From the NCBI GenBank assembly GCA_951406725.2, contig OX597829.1:8184001-8248000 (forward strand): a stretch of DNA of 64,000 nt, written 5' to 3'. A program made the translations under genes and the position numbers. The notes below the pieces were generated by a model. The model saw only the letters and a program-made list of their open reading frames with translations, ran no database searches and was not told the origin of the DNA. The DNA is from Octopus vulgaris (taxonomy: Eukaryota). The first letter of the stretch is position 1. Every line of letters begins with the position of its first letter. Below, in pieces: positions 13,743 to 27,949 of the stretch.

Positions 13743-14336
13743 AGTGTTAGCGTGTATGTGTGCGCGCGCGCATGTGTGTAAAATGGGTCTCCGTCAGTTT
13801 CTATGACGAAGTATTTCGGTTTGTCGGTCAACTGAATTGCCTACGTGTAATGTGACGGTTAACGTTATTCGCAGGCAGAAACGTCGTGATAAGAGTGTGA
13901 CATTTTTGAATTTACGTTTATTCAGTGTTACCCAGAAGGCACAAAGTCGGCTCGAGGAAATAATGGTAAATTACACCTGTCCAGTCACTAATAACTCAGT
14001 GTGAGATTGAACCCACGACATCTGGATTTCGAAGTACAATTTTTCACTCCTAGTGTAACTGCATTTGCAGTTTCACACGAACACACACACACACAAATAT
14101 AGTCATAAACATATGCATGTACGGTCGGATTCAGATATGTATGTGTATTATGTGTGTATGTGTGTGTGTGTGTGTGTATGTGTGCGCGCGCGCGCGTATT
14201 ACGCACGCACGTATACATGTAAGTAAATGTGCACGTACGAGTATGTATGTGTCTGTAAGCATATACATTAATATGTAGTATATATATATATATACACACA
14301 GACGCACAAATTCATACACACATGTGTTTATATATA

Positions 14337-14433
<97 letters not shown>

Positions 14434-14741
14434 ACACACATACACACACCTATTCATTGAAAGATAGTCATATAAACTGTGTAGGTATGTGCATATGTAT
14501 ATGAACTCACATTAACACAAAAAATATACATATACTTCTATGCACGCACATGTATATAAGCATATATACATAACAAGATATGTAATATATACACACAAAA
14601 AAACATACGTTTACTTGAAAGTATTTATAAAGATGTGTTGGTAGCTTTGTTTGTATGTGTATGTGGTGTGTCACGTATATACATACACAAACACACATAC
14701 ACACATACACACACACATATATACGTATACATATATACATA

Positions 14742-14777
<36 letters not shown>

Positions 14778-14866
14778 ATGTTCATAGGTATACATAGGCA
14801 CGTGTACGTGTACACATGAATGTATACATGTGTGTGTATGTATGTACACATGTATACATATATACG

Positions 14867-14909
<43 letters not shown>

Positions 14910-14964
14910 TCATACCTGCACACACATACATATTTATGTATGTGTATATATATGGATTCAATAG

Positions 14965-15170
<206 letters not shown>

Positions 15171-15534
15171 TAATCTTTGAATTACCTCATTTGTTTTTTT
15201 TTCTTTCGTTATGAGTATTTTTATTTTATCGTTGAAGCAAACTGATTCACTCAGCCGCGTTTACAAGTCATTGGTGTAGTTTTTAACTTTGGTAAGCGCC
15301 ACAGACCACCAACACCACAAAACAGTATTAAACACCTACCACTCCAAACTATACCGATTTACATTCATGCACCAACCATTAACAACCATCGCCTATAGCA
15401 TCACCGCCAGTACCATCATAATCCACAACTCACATCATTACGACCACCGCTGCCGCCGCCGCCGTCACGACTACCTCCATCCTCACCATACAAGCAAAGC
15501 CATCCGTATCCATCACCGTCGCTGGCACCGCCGT

Positions 15535-15944
15535 CGCAACAACAACAACAACAACAACAACAAAGCCACCGCCACCATCACCATCAACACAACCACCACC
15601 ACCACCACCACAACCACTACCACCACCACTACAAATACCAATCATCAACAAACCACCAGAACCAGCAGAACCACCACCACCACAACCACCACAGCCACCA
15701 CCGCCACTACCACCACCACCACAACCACCATCACCACAACCACCACCACCACCACCACCACCACCACCTCTACAATCGAAATCACCATCATTACTATTAA
15801 TAAGCATCAACTCTACCAACACCTCCACCACCAATACCAACACCACCGCCACCACCACCATTAATAAAACCCCCACCACCCCTACCACAAAAACCACCAC
15901 CACCACCCACCACCACCACCACCACCACCACCACCACCACCACC

Positions 15945-16017
<73 letters not shown>

Positions 16018-16020
16018 TTA
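15535..16020. repeat. (ACC)n/(ACT)n compound repeat immediately 5' of the FGF exon
   Basis: Direct inspection. Confidence 0.95.
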
Positions 16021-16079
16021 TTAGTACTGCCACAATTGCCGGGAGATTCTTGTTCTTCCTATTCAACTGTCAAGTGGTC

Positions 16080-16278
16080 ATGACAGAACTGGCAAGGGGT
16101 TTTCCTAGCAGTGCCGTGAGCAGTGAAGGATTCCTGCTATCTGGGAAAAATGCCCAAACACCTCATCGTTGGTCAATCGGCGGCACTCGAACTCAGATGC
16201 TCTACAATAGAAACGCATTCTTTCTTTCAATTCTACCAAATGGGACTATAAGATCCGGTGAAAGCTCAAATATTTTCG
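16080..16278 (+). CDS. FGF: Fibroblast growth factor exon encoding the first strands of the beta-trefoil core; most similar to FGF9/16/20; partial gene
   Basis: Translation MTELARGFPSSAVSSEGFLLSGKNAQTPHRWSIGGTRTQMLYNRNAFFLSILPNGTIRSGESSNIF(G) aligns by eye with FGF9 [32 protein letters not shown]. The exon ends TTC G|GTGAGT (donor 16279), phase 1, where vertebrate FGF9/16/20 have their first core intron. The 5' boundary is uncertain: ATG 16080, or acceptors ending at 16074 or 16086 after a polypyrimidine tract. Confidence 0.85.
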
Positions 16279-16334
16279 GTGAGTAGTAATCAAATTATTA
16301 CTCTTGTTATTATGGCTATTATCACTCTTTGTCG

Positions 16335-16600
<266 letters not shown>

Positions 16601-16772
16601 ATTGATATTTTCTTCATAATTACTTAAAAAATTTTTTTCATGTTCCCTGATCCCTTCATTCCTCCCTCTCCCCTGACACCCCACCCTCCACTCACTCCTT
16701 TTATGTTCGTCATCTTTTTCTTCGCTCATCTAAAAGACGAGACTCCCTTCGCCTTCACATTTTTTTTCATGT

Positions 16773-16804
<32 letters not shown>

Positions 16805-16914
16805 ATACACACATATACATACAATTCTTCATTTCTCATTATTATTCTTATCTTTCTTTCCTTCCTTCTTCCTTCCTTTCTTCCTCTCACTCTCTCTCTC
16901 TTTCTCTCTTTCTC

Positions 16915-16948
<34 letters not shown>

Positions 16949-17232
16949 CTATTCTTTCTATGCAGTTTTCTCGCTACTTTATCGCTTCAGGTTTTTCCTA
17001 TCGCATATTTCTTCCTCACACTGTCCCTCATACACAAACTCAAACGCACACTTCCTCTCTATCTCTCCCACTCTTTCTCCCTCCCTTCCCCCTCCTACCC
17101 ATCGATCCTATCAATTATGCTTCTTTTCAGTTTCTTCCATTCTTTTTCTCACTAACTGAATTTCACTTTCTCTATCATTACACACGCGCGCGCGCGAACA
17201 TCACCAAGTATATAACGTTCTCATACATACAA

Positions 17233-17290
<58 letters not shown>

Positions 17291-17448
17291 TCAAGCATGG
17301 CCAATTACACATGCAAACTCATTTCTTGTTTAGTTTATTCTGTACGACAATTTCTCGTCGCTACGCTCCCATCAAAGTTTATCGTTTAAGTTAAACCGAG
17401 CAAAAAATATTAGTTTAGTAGCTACATATATATCCTATCTCTCTCTGC

Positions 17449-17538
<90 letters not shown>

Positions 17539-17631
17539 GTCTGTCTGTCTGTCTGTCTGTTATCTAATAATAAAATAATAATAATAATAATATAATAATA
17601 ATAATAATAATAGTAATAATAATAATAATAA

Positions 17632-17684
<53 letters not shown>

Positions 17685-18275
17685 TAATAATAATAATAAC
17701 AACAACAACAACAACAACAATAATAATGATAACAATTCTGATGACAATTACCATTACAACCTGATTATTTTCTTATTACTGTTTTCTTTTTTGTTATTGT
17801 CGTTGTTATTAGCAATAATGTTGATGTTCTCCTTATCGTTGCAATTTTTATTCTAGCTTGTCATGTCTTCTTACCTTAACCACATCAGCCAAAACAATTG
17901 TTTTCATTTAGCTCTGAATACTTCTCGTGTACACACACACACACACAAACATATGTGAATGAGCGTGTCTCTGTACGTGTGTGTATATATACGTATACAC
18001 ACATCATATACATACATTTGTCAGTGTCTGTATTATACACACGCACACACACATATACATAGAGACGCACACACACACACACTCACATATACATATATAC
18101 ATTTACATACATACACACATATACATATATACATATACATTCATACACACACAGACATATAGAGAGACACGCACATATACATATATACATATGCATACAT
18201 GCATAATACACATTCGTGCGCACGCAAACACACACTCACACATATTATATATAGCTTTGGTATATTTCGTATATC

Positions 18276-18307
<32 letters not shown>

Positions 18308-19108
18308 CATATATATATACATATGCGTGCGGTGAGTGCGTGTCTTTACATGATAAAGCATCGCTTCATATCATTGGTTGCTAAAGCATAGCTTACCATT
18401 TCGTGTGTGCTTATTTCGGAGGGGTAGTCATGAGCTCGCACGTACATGTGGAAATCTGTGTGTGTGTGTGTTGGGGAAGAAGGAAAGAGAGTCCGAAGAA
18501 GCTAGAAAGAGCTGGTGAGTGAGTGAGTGAGTGAGTGAGAGAGAGAGAGAGAGAGACGAAGAGAAGGAAAATGTATGCTCGCATTTATTTATATTCACTT
18601 GAATCATTATTACTAAAAATTTGTTTGTAGCTATTTCATTCCTTTTATAAATTGCACTCACTCAGACATCGCGCGCGTAAGCTTAGACAGACACATGTTT
18701 ATACGTTTACACACACGCATTAGTAAATTGACAAAATCGTTGCGGCTTTGCATAAAATGCCTTGCGATACTTCTTCCATCACTTAATGCTCTGTGTTTAA
18801 ATCCTATCAAAGGCAACTGTGCGTTTCAACCTTCGGGAATCGATAATCTAAAATTCTAGTTAAGTACTGGGACGAAATAATCCACTGTTGAACACTGCTA
18901 ACATGCAATTTACTAATGAGAAGAGATCATGGAGTTCGAAATCCATGCGAACCGGGGGCTAAGTCGACTAGTGTACATTGCCGTTAGAATAACATTATAT
19001 ATAACACCCTACATTGCTATAAACACAACACAACACGCTCACACAGATACAATCATTCCCTCACATATATACTTTTCCTCTATAGCAGACACCATTAAGC
19101 CAAAGCTA

Positions 19109-19157
<49 letters not shown>

Positions 19158-19343
19158 GCATACACACACACACGCGCACACGCACACGGGCACGCACACA
19201 CACACACGTACACAGATATACACATACACGTACATAGTAAAATGGACACAAGTAGTACAGTGTTTTTATATATTTTTTCGTGCCTAGAGGAAGTAAAACT
19301 GCTGAACCTCTTTAAATTCACCCCTGCCAGCTTCTTTTTTTTT

Positions 19344-19390
19344 CTGAAGAAGTACTTAGTCCGAAACGTGGAGGTTTTCCACCTCACAGA
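19344..19390 (+). ncRNA. Degenerate type-I hammerhead-ribozyme-like motif in a Penelope-like terminal fragment (19240-19480)
   Basis: CTGAAGA-a-gtac/tta/gtcc-GAAA-C-gtgga/ggttt/tccac-c-TC; one mismatch in stem II and a C-C mismatch at the base of stem III. Confidence 0.45.
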
Positions 19391-21224
19391 GCAAGTGAAG
19401 TTCACTGCTGTCTTTTTGTCGATTTTACCCATAATAAAAGTATCACCGGCGCAGATGAACACTCGGCTTTTGGATTCTGTTATATATATATGTGTGAGTA
19501 TGTGTGTGTGTGTGTGTGTGAGTATGCGTGTGTATGTGTGTGTGTATGTATGTGTGTATGTGTATATGTATGCATGTATATATTGTTGACATATATATAT
19601 ATATGTATGTGTGTGTATGTATGTATGCGTATCTGTATGTGTGCGATAGATTGATCCATCGTCAGTTTCGATATTGTTTATACTAACCATGCATTTTCTA
19701 CAAACTCGTTAAAACCTGACGTAATCCTTAACATTGAACAGTGGGACAAAAGCTGGACTTCTAAATTAGAGACGTAGCGCATGTATCGAGCTTCTAAGCA
19801 GTCCTCGCCTGCCCTGTTTCACTCAAGTTGAGGGTGTGGTAAAAGTTACTTGGACAAGTTGCAAAGCAGTGGGGGATTTCATAATTGCGAAGCTTAACTT
19901 TTGAAGCCTGCTGTTATGCGCGCGCACACACTCACACAAACTCACACTCAGCCACACACACACACACATACATATACACACACATACATATACACACACT
20001 TGTATATGTATAAATACACGCATACATGTATAAATACTCACAGACACTACCATACACATAGTTAATTATATAACCCGATTTAACATTTCTTCATCTATGT
20101 TTATCAATGAATCATTTGATTAGAGGTTCCAACCACTAATGAAATCGATTCCGCTTTCTTTCTGTCTCTCTGCCTGACTGTCTGTCTATCTGTTTATCTG
20201 TCTGTATAGCTGGCTAGCTAAGTACTTGTCTATCTATTCATGTATAAATTTTGTCGGTAACCGTGTTGCAGATTCGAGCGACGAAAGTTTTGACACCATA
20301 TAAGAAGCAATAAATGTTTAAAGGAAGTTTACAGTGCCTGTGTATTTCTGAATGGCTAAGTTGTGTCTTCCACGCTGCAATCGTTTTAGCTTCAACACAT
20401 AATCTCAGATCAAATCTCTCGCCATTATTACTGTACGAGCAAAATGTCCCCCCCGCGTCGACCAAACTTTCTAAAAACTTGTCCGACCGTCCCATTTTGT
20501 GGCATTATTTCAAGCCAGCCGGCTTATTTTGTGCAAACTGCACGTACATTTTTCGCGCGTACGCATAGTATCGATCGTAACAGCTGATGTACTTGCGCGT
20601 ACAAATGCACGTTCCCACGGCTTTATCGATCGCATTCTCACCTGGAATCAATTTTTGTAGTTTTTTCAAGACTTATATACGCCTTAATACCGTCGGTATC
20701 TACATATCAAAGACACACAGACAGATAGACAGACAGAATGGATTTTATATAATAGATTATTCACAATACTGTGTAAATCAGAAGTACTTAAATAAATTAC
20801 AACATTATAACGCTCCACTGTGTGTGCAACGAGAATGTTTGCGTTCTTTCTACGTTGTTGATGTGTGGAAGAAAGAGGGAGGCTCCTCAGAGCAAACATC
20901 CCGTCTTCCTTCCGCTATCAATAACATAGATCAAGCGTAATATAAAGAAGTAATACATTAGACTGTGACATTAATGGATATCCTAATTTGCATATACTCT
21001 TGACGTCTCGTCATGAATTAAATAATTTCTAGTTAATGCACAAATCAGAAGAGCTGAATTAATTTAATATTATAAATCCTTATGTAGGTTGAATAAGAAT
21101 ATAATTATATTCTTTCTATACTTACGATGTGCAGAAATAAGAGGAAGGGAGTCTCCTGACGGACCGTTTCATGGTTTGTCGATCGCTCCTCAGACAGTTT
21201 ACTCATATTCGTATATATATATTT

Positions 21225-21263
<39 letters not shown>

Positions 21264-21604
21264 GCTTTTGTTTTGTAATTTGAAGCTTCTGTGTAAATAT
21301 AGGACGATACACATTCCCATCACTGGAATTGTTGTAACAAAAATAATGAATTGTATCGACAGATTGCATGTTAGCTGATTACTTTCTTTACCTGAATTAT
21401 CTTGGTAATACAACATAGTATACCATTTATTATTAGTACAAATGGGAATTTTAAAGTGAGGCGATGAAATTATTTGGATTCGAAGCAGCTGTTTATAAAT
21501 GTACACTTATCTCATTTTTTTTTAAATATGAAATGTTCACATTTGAGGGGCAGTCCATATTTCGCAAACGGCGGTAGCTCACCGACCTTTTTTTAGTATA
21601 TACA

Positions 21605-22227
21605 ACCATCTACCCGTCCATCCGTCCATCAATCAATCTATCCATCCACCCATGCATCCATCCATCCGTCTGTCCATCTATTCATCCATACATCTATCAG
21701 TCCTTCCGTCCGTCCGTCCATCCATCAATCCATCAATCTATCCATCCATCCATCCATCCGTCCATCCATCCATCCATCCATCCATCCGTCCGTCCGTCCG
21801 TCCATCCATCCATCAATCTGTCCGCCCGCCCGCCCATCCATCAATCCATCCATCCATCCGTCCGTCCATCCATCCATCCATCCATCCATCCATCCGTCCG
21901 TCCGTCCGTCCATCCATCCATCCATCCATTCGTCTGTGCGTCCATCCATCCATCCATCCATCCATCCATCCATCCATCCATCCGTCCGTCCGTCCTTCCA
22001 TCCATCCATCCATCCATCCATCCATCCGTCCGTCCATCCATCCATCCATCCATCCACCCGTCCGTCCGTCCGTCCGCCCGTCCGTCCGTCCATCCATCCA
22101 TCCATCCATCCATCCATCCATCCATCCGCCCGTCCGTCCGTCCATCCATCTATACATCCATCCGTCTGTCCGTCCATCCATCGATCCATCCATCCATCGA
22201 TCCATCCGTCCATCCGTCCATCCGTCC
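21605..22227. repeat. (CCAT)n/(CCGT)n compound microsatellite
   Basis: Direct inspection. Confidence 0.97.
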
Positions 22228-22269
22228 AAAAATCTACTCATATGTGTGTGGGCGTGTATGTGTGTATGT

Positions 22270-22310
<41 letters not shown>

Positions 22311-22727
22311 CGTGAAAGAGAGAGAACTCACTCATATTTAATGTATTGGATGGTTACTATTAAAATGCTGTTAGTGTTATTCAAATGCTGCCAATAATCT
22401 TATTTTATTTGTTGCCGATTATATATAAACGCACGTCACATCTTGTAAAAGAGATTGAGCCATGATCAAAGGCCGCTTAAACCATGACCCTACTGCATAT
22501 TTTTTGCTGGAATGATTTACCCTGCAATGTCCAATGTAACTGTCTTAAGCCAGAAGAGTGTACTTTGACAGGCATTTGGCTATCTCTTTCCAGCTGACAA
22601 AACAACCACGGAGAGTTTCGATAATGTTGTTAATAATTTCTTCCAGCTCCACGACTTATTTCGTAAAGGAGTTTATAATGTTCCTTGCCCGTGGAGACAT
22701 CGACCCAGTTTCGTCTATTCGTTGGTG

Positions 22728-22760
<33 letters not shown>

Positions 22761-22802
22761 ATATGTGTATATGTATATATATATATATTTATATAAAATA
22801 CG

Positions 22803-22861
<59 letters not shown>

Positions 22862-24770
22862 GCATTTTATATATCTATAGTTATACACACACATATATAT
22901 ATATACACATACGTACATATATATGTATATATTATACATGCATATATATATGTGTATGTATGTATGTACATACACACACACACGCACATACATATGACGG
23001 GCTTCCACACGTATACTGTCTACCAAATTCTCTCCCAAACCATTGGTCGATTTAGAACTATAATAGAACACATTTGCCTATGGTACTGAACCCAAGCCAT
23101 TTGCTTGCAATTATCAGTTGACAATATCTTAGGCTAAAAAATATTAATTCTGATTGGAAATACTTCGAGGAGTTCAAATGTAACACTGAATCACAAAATT
23201 TAAATCACAAAATTCAAGCTTCAAAGGCATTTTATATGTTTTGTGACAGATATTCATTCTATAAGTTTTGAGGGATCACCTGGGTGTAGAGCGGACTTGT
23301 TATGAAAACTGAAGACGATATTGAAAAAGTGAATAACTCACAATATATGTGAATAACTCACATAACCAAAGCTATAAAATCATTAGATGTTGAGCTTCTT
23401 GAGTGTTGTGTTGTTTGGGAACGTCATGATCACCACAACTTTGAGATGTGAATGGAAAAATGAACCTTCTGTAACTTTTCATTAGTTACTTTTCAAACGA
23501 TTTCCATGAATGGCATAGCTTCCATGTTGATGTAGAGGCTTCTCTTGTTTTGCCCGTGCTCAGCTTTGATCGAACAAACCTATGATAAAAGGAACTTCAG
23601 TCCTGACAAACTATTATTTTTTCAGACATGATGTGACTACATTGTTCACTATAATATTTTCTCTTTCTAAGATGGTAGGTGTGATGTGAGAATGATATAG
23701 CTGCTGTAGAAGCTTCCTCTTTGACATGCATCGTTTCTATGCAGTATGGTGCACGAGGGTCATGGTCAGAGCCAAATCAACATGGCGGATTAAAAAATTC
23801 GTTATGCAAAGTAAGTAAATGAAATAGTTCGACATGGAATCGAAACACAGACAAGTCTTACAGACGGTTTTATACCATTCTAGAGCTTTAGCATCAAATT
23901 AGCTCACGAGCTAGTAATAGAGCTTTTGTGAGGTTGTTCCATCTGTTAGAAGCAGCTGCAAAATCTCTTTCAAATTATACTGCCAATTTAGTAAAGGGAA
24001 GGGCACACCAGATAATGCGAATCTAAGCATTTACAGTGGTGGTGGGCAAAGAAATTAGACGATAAGACTGATTTTATATTCGAATCAAAATATAGGTGAA
24101 AGCTCAAAACAAGAAAAACGCAATCTAATAATAAACTAACACCAGGAACGACGGGAAAATAATTTCCTCTTTGCTGAAAGATGACCGATATTGAAAGTCA
24201 AAAATTATTTGTTTAGCCCCACCTACGTCAGTCCTGACCGAACTGATTTATAAAGAAAAGATGCTCCAGCTTTGAGCATCCAACCTTTTATCTAGAGTTT
24301 AACAATGATTATCTAATATAACTTCATATTTATTCCCATAGGGAGAAAGGGGATTTGAAGGGAACCTAGCTGTGCTTTTTTTAGCACATCAAGTAACCAC
24401 ATAGAGACTTTTTCATTAGTCTGCAATCAAAATTTTAATTTAAATCCATTGATAACAAATAGCAAAAGAGGAACAGAGCTTACGTCACTCCTACGTTTGC
24501 CTGAGATTTAATAAGAAAATCCAACTATGGCAGTCACGAAAATATTTTCATCATGAAGATGAAACATTGGAACTTAAAACATTGATGGATCAATGTATTT
24601 TACTGTTGTTGAAAGGGCACGAGAGTCGGATAACGAAATATGAAAACTTTAAAATTAAGAGCAAAGATCACGTTTACAATATCGTATGTTAGAGGAAAGT
24701 GAAAGCAAAAAAAGTTTCCTAACCATGCAAGCTCACCAAGCGAAATATATGCATGGAAGTGTCTGATTCT

Positions 24771-24802
<32 letters not shown>

Positions 24803-24904
24803 CATACATACATACATACATACATACATACGTACATACACACATACATACATACATACATACATACATACATACATAAATACATACATACATACATACA
24901 TACA

Positions 24905-24936
<32 letters not shown>

Positions 24937-25253
24937 CACATACATACATGCATACATACATACATACATACGTACATACATACATGCATACATGCATACA
25001 TACATACATACATACATACATACATACATACGTACATACATACATACATACATACATACATACATACATACATACATACATACATACATACGTACATACA
25101 CACATACATACATACATACATACATACATAAATACATACATACATACATACATACATACATACATACATACATACATACACACGTACATACATACATACA
25201 TACACGCGTGCACATGCACACACACACAGAGACAAATATATGATATATTTATA

Positions 25254-25297
<44 letters not shown>

Positions 25298-25695
25298 CTG
25301 ATATATATATTGTGTCTATCCTATCCCTTGACCGTGTGGTCATTTAGGTATTCATTGATGACATAGCACTAGATTTCATCATCTCTCGCTCTATCTCTCT
25401 CGGTCTTTTGCCGCCCTCGTCGGCGAAATTGAAGTCTGTCCACCTTTCCTTTGCTCTTGTCCATCTTCTACTGTTCCTTCCAGGCTGAAGTTTCTTGTGA
25501 CACGGTCATACCATTTCAATATCCGTGTGGTCCAATAGTCTGGGTTATTCTCATTCTTACTTCGTTATTTGAGAGTTTGGAAAGTCACTCTTCAAAATCA
25601 CTAACAACAATTATTCTGATATATATATATATATAAGTACATACATATACTCATATGTATATGTACATATGTGTGTGAGTATCTGTTTTTGTGTA

Positions 25696-26125
25696 TATTA
25701 CAACACCGAACACTGCCTTATTGGCTATAGGAGATTCTCTTATATTTGTGCTTGGTGTATAAAAGCAGACATATAGATGGTAGCAGACGAGAACCATCTA
25801 AAATGGGCGCCGGAACTCTTATATCGCTTGATTTCATTCTGCTGAAAATCATCATTGGGAACGTCCAGTCACCGCATGCCAATCAAATCTCGCTGCTACG
25901 ATATATCGAATATCAGCATTTGTTGTAGTAGTAAAATTTGACCGGCGTTCGGTGACCGGACCCTTCTCAATGATGACTTTCAGTAGAATGAAACCATGTG
26001 ATATGGGAATTCCAGCGCCCATGTTGTAAGGTTGTCGTCTGCTACGATTTGCGCGTGCTTTTATGCAATAAGCGCTTATGATAGGATCTTTCAAGGCAAA
26101 TAAGGTTGTGTTCGTTGTTCTAACA
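25696..26125. repeat. Large imperfect fold-back palindrome (~210-bp arms), probably an old MITE/foldback element
   Basis: Left gtagcagacgagaaccatctaaaatgggcgccgg...gtcaccgcatgccaatcaaat aligns with the rc of the right arm gtagcagacgacaaccttacaacatgggcgctgg...gtcaccgaacgccggtcaaat. ORFs 25746(+) and 26094(-) are homologous to each other as a result. Confidence 0.85.
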
Positions 26126-26306
26126 GGACATCAGAGTTAAGTTGGATAGAAAGATTACTGTCGGTAGTAATACTGCTCCAGTCACTAATAATTAAGGTTC
26201 ACTAGTGCATTTGTTTGTCTAAATGTGTTTGTGTTATATATTCATTATATATTCATATTTGTATAATTAGAATCTATAAGTAATATTGAAAGAGAGAAAG
26301 AGAGAG

Positions 26307-26343
<37 letters not shown>

Positions 26344-26473
26344 CGGGGAGAAAATAAGAGAAAGGGGAGAGATATTGGATATTCTTTCTCTCTGTCGATA
26401 TTACTTTTATACTCACACACACATACACGCACGCGCGCGCGCACACACATAAAAATGTTATATATCATATGTA

Positions 26474-26519
<46 letters not shown>

Positions 26520-26572
26520 GTTTAAATATTTGTTGTGCAAGATTTTTTATGTGAAGTCGTGTGTTGAAACAG

Positions 26573-26753
26573 ATATTGTTATATTTCGGAATGGTCATAT
26601 TGCCAGTTTAGCCAGGAGTGTGACGAAAGAACTTTGGCCGAAATAAGATTAAGATTAATGTAAAAAATAAATATCACTGAAGCAAAATAACACCAAATAT
26701 ATAGTGCGTGTGTTTTTATTGGCTAAACTGGCAATATGACCATTCCGAAATAT

Positions 26754-26761
<8 letters not shown>
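26573..26761. repeat. Perfect 42-bp inverted repeat with a 105-bp spacer, between (TA)n tracts
   Basis: atattgttatatttcggaatggtcatattgccagtttagcca (26573-26614) is the exact rc of 26720-26761. Confidence 0.95.
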
Positions 26762-26790
<29 letters not shown>

Positions 26791-26869
26791 TGTTCGTTCC
26801 ATAATTTTTTTTTATTTGCATTTCTTATCATTTTCAGCGCTCTGATTTTCCAGTTCCTTACTTGCGATT

Positions 26870-26917
<48 letters not shown>

Positions 26918-27013
26918 TTCCTTTCTTTTTCTTTCTTTCTTTTTGTGTGTACGCATGTGTGTGCGTATCTATCCATCTGTCAGTTTGTCTCTGTGTGCAT
27001 ACATAATCTGTTT

Positions 27014-27550
27014 GTGGCCCTCATGGCTTCTGATCTTAACCGATTGGAAGTGTTATCATGTACATTGTTTTGTCTTGGCATAAAATGAAGGGCTACAGTA
27101 AATATTCTGCTCAATACCACAGAATTGCTTGTCAATTGTTTGACCTTAACCTGTTGAGCATGTCTCTTAGTGGCTGACGGTATGTGCTTCTGTGATCACG
27201 AGCTGAAGTAGTGGGGGAGCATCATGGCCGTGTGTTGAGAGGGATTCTTTGGGGTTTGAAGAATTCACCTCTGGAAACATGGGTGTTTCGTTCAACATCC
27301 TTAAACAACCCTTATTCAGGAACCTTTTGAGCGGGATGGGTTACTCGACCAGAAGAAAATTCACACTGGGCCCCACCTGCAAGGTCATGTGCTGTTTATC
27401 TTGATATGAGATCGCCATGTCACGCACATATGGTTGTGATGCATGTGCCTAGTGTACCCTTATCAGACAGGTAGTCATGATAAGTTATACCGGGCTCCAT
27501 ATATTTTACCCCAGTGTCACTTTGATGGCATGCACTGCTCTCTCACTCAA
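27014..27550 (+). mobile_element. ~540-bp (AAT)n-tailed dispersed retro-element, copy 1
   Basis: Highly similar to 29189-29720 and to the rc of 61641-62196; ends ctctcactc(aat)n. Confidence 0.85.
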
Positions 27551-27563
27551 TAATAATAATAAT

Positions 27564-27599
<36 letters not shown>

Positions 27600-27605
27600 A
27601 ACAAC

Positions 27606-27674
<69 letters not shown>

Positions 27675-27949
27675 TTCTGCTATATGCACAAGGCCAGAAA
27701 TATTTGGAGGAAGAGCTAGGCGATTAAATTGACCTCAGGGCTCGACTGGTACATATTTCATCTACACCAAAAAGATTAAATGCAAAGTTGACCCCTATAG
27801 AATTTAAACTCACAGTGAGAAGGTGGAAGAAATGTCGCTAAGCGTTTGATCCGGCGTGCTAAATGATTTGCCAGCTCGCGGCATTAGTGATGATGACGAT
27901 GATGACAACGATGACGATGACAACGACAACAACAACAATAATAATAATA

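Noticed and set aside
16047-16074. FLFFLFNC as a signal peptide
   Set aside because: No in-frame ATG lies between the stop at 15801 and ATG 16080; it is more simply read as a polypyrimidine tract. Kept only as an alternative in the findings.
20275-20306. Acceptor gtgttgcag giving DSSDESFDTI-stop if spliced to the FGF exon
   Set aside because: It would truncate the protein and has no support beyond a chance AG.
23329-23362. Short tandem duplications (gtgaataactcaca x2; also a 33-bp unit at ~55400-55465)
   Set aside because: Two units only, typical slippage products; no spacers, so not CRISPR-like.
25746-26094. Pair of homologous convergent small ORFs
   Set aside because: A by-product of the DNA palindrome; frames are not preserved between the arms.
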